A stretch of DNA of 64,000 nt from an uncultured Erysipelotrichaceae bacterium (lineage in GTDB: Bacteria; Bacillota_I; Bacilli_A; RF39; UBA660), in assembly GCA_902795215.1 (NCBI GenBank), contig CADBKG010000002.1, positions 2,318 through 66,317 on the forward strand, in the 5' to 3' direction. Position 1 is the stretch's first letter, and the number at the start of each line of letters is the position of its first letter. Below, piece by piece: positions 57,183-64,000 of this stretch. A program made the position numbers and the translations under genes. The notes below the pieces were generated by a model. The model saw only the letters and a program-made list of their open reading frames with translations, had not been told where the DNA came from and ran no database searches.

Positions 57183-58558
57183 TGTGCCTCCTTATTTAAT
57201 ATACTTTCTGTCAATATTTTACCAAATTCTTCACATACAGGATTTGAATCCTTTTGAACATTATATTCAACTAGGAAAGTTTTTTTATCCTTTTCAGTTA
57301 TATAATAATCCGTTTTTTCATTAACATTTCTTGCAGAATATGTATACCAAGTTATATTATTTATATTTTTTATTTCAACTTTATCACTTGATGACCATGT
57401 TTCAAAGAAGTTCATTATTTTTAATAAATTTTCTGGACCAATAATATTTTTCTTTTCGTTTAGTATTAACGTACAAGAAGAATATTCTTCTTCACCAGCA
57501 ATTACATATCTATATTCATAACTTGTTGATTTATTTTCAAACGCATCTGGTATATTAATAGTGTAATAATTTTGAATATTTGTTTTTGTATCTGTAATAG
57601 TTGGGACTGTATGTCTATTTGCTAGATCGTTTATGTTGCTAGGTATTTCCCTAATAACTCCCGTTTTTAAAAGTATTAATAAAGTAATAACAGTAATTAT
57701 TAATTCTAAAAGAATACCTAAGAACACATACCCCATACCGCATCCACCTTCTCTTGTTGCCATATCTTTTAATGCATTAGGTGTTGCTTTAGGATATCTT
57801 TTTTTAATTCTTTTTATTGCTATTTTTCCTTTTAATTTATATACAAAATTAAATGTTAAAGCTACAAAAAGGTTAACAGCTATAATAAAAATAGGATTTA
57901 AATATTTAATGAATGCTAAATCTAATACTGTTACTACCAAACCAGAAAGAATAAACTTTCTATAAAACAAATAAAATGGTGTTAATAAAAGGGCAGGAAG
58001 ATTAAAGAAAATATTAAACTTTTTATAATTCTTTCCTATATATCCTTCTAAAAGGTAATTATCTTGTTCTTGTTCTTTTTTATCTTTAACTTTTTTCCCT
58101 TTTGCTGTAATCTTTTCACTGTTTGGAATTTCTTTTGGCGGTGGTGCTGTTTCACTTACTCCTGCATTACTTATTACAGATGGCCCTGATGGTTCTCCAA
58201 AAGGCATTACTTGAGGTTGAACTACTTCATTAGTTGTTTGCATCTGTGGTGTGTTTTGCACGGGTTGTGGTGCTTCCATAGGTTGTATTTGTGGCTCTGG
58301 CATCGGAGTAGGCGCTTGCACTTGTTGCTGCGCTTCAATATTCTGTGGTTGCATCATAACATTTTGATTATTTTGAAAAGGGTCCATGCCGGGATTATTA
58401 GATGGATTGTCAGAAGGTAATACAGAATTTTCAAAAAAAGCATTTTCTTTTTGAAATGAGTCTAATGCCGGATTACTATTTTGTAATAAGTTATTGGTGT
58501 TATCCGGTGTTGGCTCGGGACCATTATCAATAATAAACTTATTAGAATTATTATCCAT
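57179..58558 (-). CDS. membrane protein with Pro/Gln/Asn-rich N-terminal tail, DUF2628-like TM core and extracellular domain
   Basis: YIGKNYKKF...FNLPALLL...YLFYRK pattern; REGG motif; N-terminal low-complexity region. Confidence 0.7.
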   Translation of the reverse strand: MDNNSNKFIIDNGPEPTPDNTNNLLQNSNPALDSFQKENAFFENSVLPSDNPSNNPGMDPFQNNQNVMMQPQNIEAQQQVQAPTPMPEPQIQPMEAPQPVQNTPQMQTTNEVVQPQVMPFGEPSGPSVISNAGVSETAPPPKEIPNSEKITAKGKKVKDKKEQEQDNYLLEGYIGKNYKKFNIFFNLPALLLTPFYLFYRKFILSGLVVTVLDLAFIKYLNPIFIIAVNLFVALTFNFVYKLKGKIAIKRIKKRYPKATPNALKDMATREGGCGMGYVFLGILLELIITVITLLILLKTGVIREIPSNINDLANRHTVPTITDTKTNIQNYYTINIPDAFENKSTSYEYRYVIAGEEEYSSCTLILNEKKNIIGPENLLKIMNFFETWSSSDKVEIKNINNITWYTYSARNVNEKTDYYITEKDKKTFLVEYNVQKDSNPVCEEFGKILTESILNKEAQ

Positions 58559-58678
58559 TTTTTACCTCCTTTTTATATCCTACAAAAAGTATACTATAAA
58601 AAATTAATTATTACAAATCAAAAATACTTTTAAAAAACAATTTTTGTGTTAAAATAATTAGGACTAGGAGTGATTTCT

Positions 58679-61486
58679 ATGGATAAAATTATTATAAAAG
58701 GCGCTAGAGAAAATAACTTAAAAAATGTTAATTTGGAATTACCAAAAAACAAACTAATAGTTATGACTGGCGTAAGTGGTTCTGGAAAAAGTAGTTTAGC
58801 ATTTGATACGATATATGCAGAAGGTCAAAGAAGATATGTTGAAAGTTTATCTAGTTATGCTAGACAATTTTTAGGTGGTTCTAAAAAACCAGATGTAGAT
58901 TTAATTGAAGGATTAAGTCCTAGTATATCTATAGATCAAAAAACAACAAGTAAGAATCCTAGAAGTACTGTTGGAACAGTTACAGAAATATATGATTATT
59001 TAAGACTTTTATATGCAAGAATAGGAGAACCAATTTGTCCAAATCATAATATACCAATTAAAAGTCAAAGCTTAGATGAAATAGTTGAAAAAATATTTTC
59101 TTATGGTGAGGGAACAAAAATAGAAGTTATGGCACCTGTAGTACGTGCAGAAAAAGGAGAACATAAAAAAGTATTAGATTCACTTAGAAAAGATGGATAT
59201 ACAAAAGTAAGAATAAATGGAGAGGTTAAAGATTTAAGTGAAGAAATAACTCTAGAAAAAAACAAAAAAGATGTTATTGAAGTAATAGTTGATAGAATAA
59301 TCATAAAAGAAACTGCAAGAGGAAGATTATCTGAAGCAATAGAGCAAAGTGCCAAACTTGCAGATGGAAGAATATTAATTAATAAAGTAGGGGATAAAGA
59401 AATTCTTTTTAGTGAAAATTATGCTTGTCCAATTTGTGATTTTTCTTTACCTAATTTAGAACCAACTATGTTTTCTTTTAATAATCCATTTGGTGCATGC
59501 CTAGATTGTCATGGACTAGGATTTAAACAAAGAATAAATTTAGATTTACTTATACCAGACAAATCTAAATCTATTAAAAAGGGCGCTATTAAAGGATTAA
59601 ACCTAGATGGAAATATTGCTGAAACAGAACTAAATACAGTAGCTAAAAAATACGATATAGATCTATCAATGCCAATTTCAAAAATGCCAAAGAAAAAACT
59701 AGATATCGTTTTGTATGGTAGTCCTGATTTAATCGAATTTAATTATGTTGCTAAAAATGGAAATACTAGAAATACAACAAGTTATTACGAAGGTATTGTT
59801 ACTAATTTAGAAAGAAGATATATTGAAACAAATAGCGCTTGGATTAGAGAGTGGCTTGAAACATATATGATGGATACAGAGTGTCCTACTTGTCATGGCG
59901 CTAGATTAAAGGGAGATATGCTTGCAGTTAAAATAGGTGGAAAATCAATTTATGAAGCAACTAATATGAGTATAAAAGAATTAATTGTATTTATGAATAA
60001 CCTAAAATTAACAAATGAACAGAAAAAAATTGCCGAGCTTTTGATAAAAGAAATTAATGATAGATTATCATTTTTAAAAAATGTTGGTTTAGATTATTTA
60101 ACTTTATCTAGAAGCGCTGGAACTTTATCCGGTGGAGAACTTCAAAGAATAAGACTTGCAACTCAAATAGGGTCTAGGCTTACAGGAGTGCTTTATGTAT
60201 TAGATGAACCAAGTATAGGTCTTCATCAAAGGGATAATGATAGATTAATAAAATCTCTTGTCGAAATGCGTGACTTAGGAAATACGTTAATAGTCGTAGA
60301 ACATGACGAGGATACTATGCGAGCTGCAGATTATTTAGTAGATATCGGACCAACAGCGGGTAATGGTGGAGGCTATGTAGTATCTAAAGGAACTCCTAAA
60401 GAAGTAATGAATGATGAAAAAAGTATTACTGGAAAATATTTAACAGGCAAACTAAAGATCGATGTTCCGAAAAAAAGAAGAAAAGGATCTGGAAAATATT
60501 TAGAAATAATTGGTGCTAAAGAGAACAATTTGAAAAATATAGATGTTAAATTCCCTTTAGGAAAATTTATATGCGTCACAGGAGTTAGTGGATCTGGTAA
60601 AAGTTCCCTTGTTGATGAAATTGTATATAAAGCTTTAATGAAAAATGTATATAATTCAAAAGTTGAAATAGGTAAACACGAAAAAATAAAAGGTCTTAAA
60701 TATATAGACAAAGTAGTCCAAATATCTCAAGACCCAATTGGAAGAACACCAAGAAGTAATCCCGCAACTTACGTTGGCGTATTTGATGATATTAGAGATA
60801 TATTCGCAGAGATGAAAGAATCTAAACTTAGAGGATTTGGTAAATCAAGATTTTCATTTAATGTAAAAGGCGGACGATGTGAAGCATGCTGGGGAGATGG
60901 AGTAAAAAAAATAGAGATGCATTTTTTACCAGATGTTTATGTACCTTGTGATGTTTGTCATGGAAAAAGATACAATAATGAAACCCTAGAAGTTAAGTTT
61001 AAAGGAAAAAGTATATATGATGTTCTTGAAATGAGAGTAGAAGAAGCATATGAATTCTTTGATGCGGTTCCAAAAATTAAAAACAAACTTAAAGTAATGA
61101 TGGATGTAGGATTATCATATATAAAACTTGGTCAAAGTGCACCAACATTATCAGGTGGTGAAGCAGGAAGAGTTAAACTTGCTAAAGAACTTCAAAAGAA
61201 AGCTACGGGTAAAAGCGTATTTATCTTAGATGAACCAACTACAGGATTACATACGGATGATATTAAAAAATTACTTAATATATTAAACAAAATAGTAGAT
61301 AATGGTGATACCGTAATTGTAATAGAACATAATTTAGATGTTATTAAAGTAGCAGACCACATTATAGATTTAGGCCCTGAAGGTGGAGATGAAGGCGGAT
61401 ATATTGTTGCTACAGGAACTCCTGAAGAAGTAGCAAAATGTGAAAAATCTTATACAGGCAAATATCTTAAAAAATATTTAAAATAG
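58679..61486 (+). CDS. uvrA: excinuclease ABC subunit A
   Basis: two GxSGSGKSS P-loops, LSGGE signatures, zinc fingers. Confidence 0.98.
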   Translation: MDKIIIKGARENNLKNVNLELPKNKLIVMTGVSGSGKSSLAFDTIYAEGQRRYVESLSSYARQFLGGSKKPDVDLIEGLSPSISIDQKTTSKNPRSTVGTVTEIYDYLRLLYARIGEPICPNHNIPIKSQSLDEIVEKIFSYGEGTKIEVMAPVVRAEKGEHKKVLDSLRKDGYTKVRINGEVKDLSEEITLEKNKKDVIEVIVDRIIIKETARGRLSEAIEQSAKLADGRILINKVGDKEILFSENYACPICDFSLPNLEPTMFSFNNPFGACLDCHGLGFKQRINLDLLIPDKSKSIKKGAIKGLNLDGNIAETELNTVAKKYDIDLSMPISKMPKKKLDIVLYGSPDLIEFNYVAKNGNTRNTTSYYEGIVTNLERRYIETNSAWIREWLETYMMDTECPTCHGARLKGDMLAVKIGGKSIYEATNMSIKELIVFMNNLKLTNEQKKIAELLIKEINDRLSFLKNVGLDYLTLSRSAGTLSGGELQRIRLATQIGSRLTGVLYVLDEPSIGLHQRDNDRLIKSLVEMRDLGNTLIVVEHDEDTMRAADYLVDIGPTAGNGGGYVVSKGTPKEVMNDEKSITGKYLTGKLKIDVPKKRRKGSGKYLEIIGAKENNLKNIDVKFPLGKFICVTGVSGSGKSSLVDEIVYKALMKNVYNSKVEIGKHEKIKGLKYIDKVVQISQDPIGRTPRSNPATYVGVFDDIRDIFAEMKESKLRGFGKSRFSFNVKGGRCEACWGDGVKKIEMHFLPDVYVPCDVCHGKRYNNETLEVKFKGKSIYDVLEMRVEEAYEFFDAVPKIKNKLKVMMDVGLSYIKLGQSAPTLSGGEAGRVKLAKELQKKATGKSVFILDEPTTGLHTDDIKKLLNILNKIVDNGDTVIVIEHNLDVIKVADHIIDLGPEGGDEGGYIVATGTPEEVAKCEKSYTGKYLKKYLK

Positions 61487-61509
61487 TTTCACATACATTT
61501 AACAAACAT

Positions 61510-61602
61510 AACAAGAGTAGTTCAAAAAAGAAGGGTATATTTAAATCACAGAAACGGAAGTGATATTAAAAAAATATTTTTCATAGAAAACTACTCTCTC
61601 TT
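61510..61602 (-). ncRNA. putative structured RNA / micro-ORF element (MKNIFLISLPFL at 61584-61546), related to the element at 16318-16424
   Basis: shares GAGAGTAGTTT-n-TGAAAA...CCCTTCT with the 16.4-kb element; long-range stem AGAGTAGTT/AACTACTCT. Confidence 0.45.
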
Positions 61603-61622
61603 AAGTCCTATTGGACTTTTTT
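61603..61622 (+). terminator. terminator downstream of uvrA
   Basis: AAGTCC-tatt-GGACTT plus T-tract. Confidence 0.65.
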
Positions 61623-61671
61623 CTTGTTTTAAATTTATTTATATTATATAATATTAATATAGGAGTGTATT

Positions 61672-62193
61672 ATGAAAAAAGAGAATAGGAATTTACAAAG
61701 AATTATCACACTTTTGATACTTATAATTTTTGCATTAGTATGTTTTATAGTATTTGATAAAACAAAACAAGACATCAAAACTAGTCCAAAAGAGTCTACA
61801 GAAAGCATAGAATCTATAATTGAGTCAGAAAATACTGCTGTTAAAGATTATACTAAAGAAGAATTAATATCAATTTTAAAAAAGGAATTTACTGACAAAG
61901 ATAAACTAGAACCAGAAAATATTGATGAATGGAATATTGAAAAAGTTATGTACTTAGGACATTTTGAAATTGCCCCTAATACAAGATATTATGCATTTGA
62001 AGGTTATTTTTCTTGTAAAGATAATCAGCCTACTTGTGTATATCAAGAACAAACAAATGATGATATAGAATCTGGCAAATTTATTTTTAGTGTTGTACTA
62101 ACTATAGATGAGAATGAAAATGTTGAGATGGCTGGAAGTTATGTTCCAACTGCAGATCAATCATTTATACAAGTTAATAAAACTATTGATTAA
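61672..62193 (+). CDS. hypothetical membrane-anchored protein
   Basis: N-terminal TM, CxxxxxxC, acidic domain; no family recognised. Confidence 0.65.
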   Translation: MKKENRNLQRIITLLILIIFALVCFIVFDKTKQDIKTSPKESTESIESIIESENTAVKDYTKEELISILKKEFTDKDKLEPENIDEWNIEKVMYLGHFEIAPNTRYYAFEGYFSCKDNQPTCVYQEQTNDDIESGKFIFSVVLTIDENENVEMAGSYVPTADQSFIQVNKTID

Positions 62194-62268
62194 GCTTAAT
62201 GCTTAATTTTTTTTGACTTTACTTTTTTAATTAAAAAATATATACTAATTAAGAAAAAAGGAGGAGTT

Positions 62269-63072
62269 ATGAATCCAATCGCATTTTCTATAGGAAATTT
62301 TGAAATAAGATATTATTCTCTTTTTATTCTACTTGGAGTAATCATTGCTTATATAATGATAACAAAGGAAGCCAAAAGGTTTAATATGGACGAAGATAAA
62401 GTTTTTAACATGTTTTTTTGGACTATTATTATAAGTATTATAGGGGCAAGACTTTATTATGTTATGTTTAATTGGGATTATTTCGGTGATAACATAGGTG
62501 AAATATGGCAAATATGGCAAGGAGGTCTTGCTATTCATGGAGGAATGCTTTTTGGTCTTGTTACACTTGCATTATTTTGTAAAAAGAATAACTTTGAATT
62601 TTTAAGAGTACTCGATATGTGCGTTGTACCTTTAATAATTGCACAGGGCCTAGGTAGATGGGGTAATTTCTTTAATAGTGAAGCATATGGAAGCATAACT
62701 TCTTATGAACATCTCAAGTCGTTACATATTCCTGGTTTCATTATAAAGGGAATGCATATTAATGGATCATATTATACTCCAACATTCTTATATGAATCAG
62801 TATGGTGTATTGCAGGATTTATATTATTAATGATATTAAGAAATAGAAAGTTTGTTAAATGTGGTCAAACCACAGGCGCATATCTTTTATTTTATGGAAT
62901 AGGAAGATTTTTTATAGAAGCTTTAAGAATGGACTCTTTAATATTTATGGGATTCAAAATAGCTCAAATAGTTTCTATAGTTATGATAATAATTGGTACA
63001 ATATTATTGGTTAGAGGATTTAATAAGAGCAAATATGAAAACCTTTATAATGAATACACTGGTTCTAATTAA
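62269..63072 (+). CDS. lgt: prolipoprotein diacylglyceryl transferase
   Basis: GARLYYV, WQGGLAIHGG, GRWGNFFN, PTFLYES. Confidence 0.96.
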   Translation: MNPIAFSIGNFEIRYYSLFILLGVIIAYIMITKEAKRFNMDEDKVFNMFFWTIIISIIGARLYYVMFNWDYFGDNIGEIWQIWQGGLAIHGGMLFGLVTLALFCKKNNFEFLRVLDMCVVPLIIAQGLGRWGNFFNSEAYGSITSYEHLKSLHIPGFIIKGMHINGSYYTPTFLYESVWCIAGFILLMILRNRKFVKCGQTTGAYLLFYGIGRFFIEALRMDSLIFMGFKIAQIVSIVMIIIGTILLVRGFNKSKYENLYNEYTGSN

Positions 63073-63083
63073 GGGAGTAAAAT

Positions 63084-63449
63084 ATGGAAAACTTAGTTTA
63101 TGCCTACTTAGGTGATGCAGTATATGAATTATATATTAGAGAATACTTAATTAATAAAGGTTTTAAAAAAGTAAAAGATTTACAACAAGAAGCTATAAAA
63201 TATGTAAGTGCAAAAGCACAGTGTGAAATATTACATATATTAGAAAATAAAAATATATTTACTAAAGCAGAATTAGATATTATAAAAAGAGGTAGAAATT
63301 CTCATAGTCATAGTAGTAAAACAACTGATATAGTAACTTATAAAGAATCTACGGGATTTGAATGTTTAATAGGATATTTATATCAAAATAATAAAGAAAG
63401 ATTAGAAGACATAATGAAGGAGGTAATATCATATGAAGGTAACAACTAA
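63084..63449 (+). CDS. mrnC: Mini-ribonuclease III
   Basis: AYLGDAVYELYIR, KRGRN, YKESTGFECLIGYLY. Confidence 0.92.
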   Translation: MENLVYAYLGDAVYELYIREYLINKGFKKVKDLQQEAIKYVSAKAQCEILHILENKNIFTKAELDIIKRGRNSHSHSSKTTDIVTYKESTGFECLIGYLYQNNKERLEDIMKEVISYEGNN

Positions 63450-64000
63450 AAATGTTTTTAATGAATTAAAAAGTAATTTAGATAGAATAAAAAAAGTATA
63501 TATTACTCCAAATTTTAAAGATAAAGAAATTATTGATTTTATAAAAGAAAATAAAATACCATATGTTCAAATAGAAAAACAAAAACTTGACAAAATGGAA
63601 AGAAAAAATCAAGGTATTCTAATAGAAATAAAAGACTATGATTATAAAGATTTAAAAGATATAGATACAAATGACAAAAAAATAATAATACTTGATCATC
63701 TAGAAGATCCACATAATTTTGGGGCGATTATAAGAACTTGTGAAAGCGCAGGAATTAAATCAATTATTATTCCAAAAGATAGAAGTATTCATATTACTCC
63801 AACAGTATTAAAAACAAGTACAGGGGCACTTGAATATGTAGATATTTATGAAGTAACTAATTTAAAAAATGCAATCGATTATTTAAAAGATAATGGTTAT
63901 TTTATATATGGTGCAGAAGCTGATGGAAAAAATTATAATGAAATAGATTATGCTGATAAAATAGTTTTAATAATTGGAAGCGAAGGATTTGGTTTATCAA
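63433..64000 (+). CDS. rlmB: 23S rRNA Gm2251 methyltransferase RlmB (TrmH family); runs off the window
   Basis: manual translation MKVTTKNVF...NQGI...ILDHLEDPHNFGAIIRTCESAG...KTSTGA...IIGSEGFG. Confidence 0.9.
   Translation, partial: MKVTTKNVFNELKSNLDRIKKVYITPNFKDKEIIDFIKENKIPYVQIEKQKLDKMERKNQGILIEIKDYDYKDLKDIDTNDKKIIILDHLEDPHNFGAIIRTCESAGIKSIIIPKDRSIHITPTVLKTSTGALEYVDIYEVTNLKNAIDYLKDNGYFIYGAEADGKNYNEIDYADKIVLIIGSEGFGLS

Noticed and set aside
58560-58678. LexA (Cheo) box upstream of uvrA
   Set aside because: No GAAC-N4-GTTC found
61510-61600. Known riboswitch (THF, yybP-ykoY, lysine) or 6S RNA
   Set aside because: Only the short AGAGTAG string resembles them; the core consensus motifs are missing, the length is too short for 6S, and no downstream gene is suitably oriented

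Overview
Replication-origin region of a very AT-rich, streamlined Bacilli-type chromosome. It uses the standard genetic code (TGA is stop) and has Bacillus-like gene order with many metabolic genes missing; an RF39/Erysipelotrichales-like lineage is my inference. Backbone: rsmG-mnmG-mnmE-jag-yidC-rnpA-rpmH <oriC> dnaA-dnaN-comK-recF-gyrB-gyrA; ffs-tadA-dnaX-ebfC-recR-bofA-holB-yaaT-pth-mfd-spoVT-metG-tatD-rsmA-yabG-veg-spoVG-yabPQ-divIC; truA; rplM-rpsI; a 9-kb accessory block; rpsF-ssb-rpsR-rplI-dnaB; M23 peptidase-yycJ-rlmH-ung; uvrA-lgt-mrnC-rlmB. No rRNA, tRNA, CRISPR, transposase or integrase was seen. Most notable points: (1) A 0.8-kb centromere-like array after gyrA, in which three perfect parS sites are interleaved with Noc-box (TATTTCCCGGGAAATA) palindromes. 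Most of these are coupled at a fixed 18-19 bp centre-to-centre distance to an unexplained GGGGTACCCC palindrome, and the composite recurs before tatD and, partially, inside mfd. (2) An intact but catalytically gutted NrdD paralogue divergent from a CRP/FNR regulator with a palindromic operator, followed by two degenerate EcfA/EcfA' ATPases with no EcfT. (3) A lineage-shifted DnaA box (TTWTCAACA) that co-occurs with RDHTT->RNHST in the DnaA recognition helix. (4) comK inside the dnaA-gyrA cluster behind tandem Spo0A boxes. (5) Two related orphan micro-ORF/sRNA elements with SD-sequestering folds.
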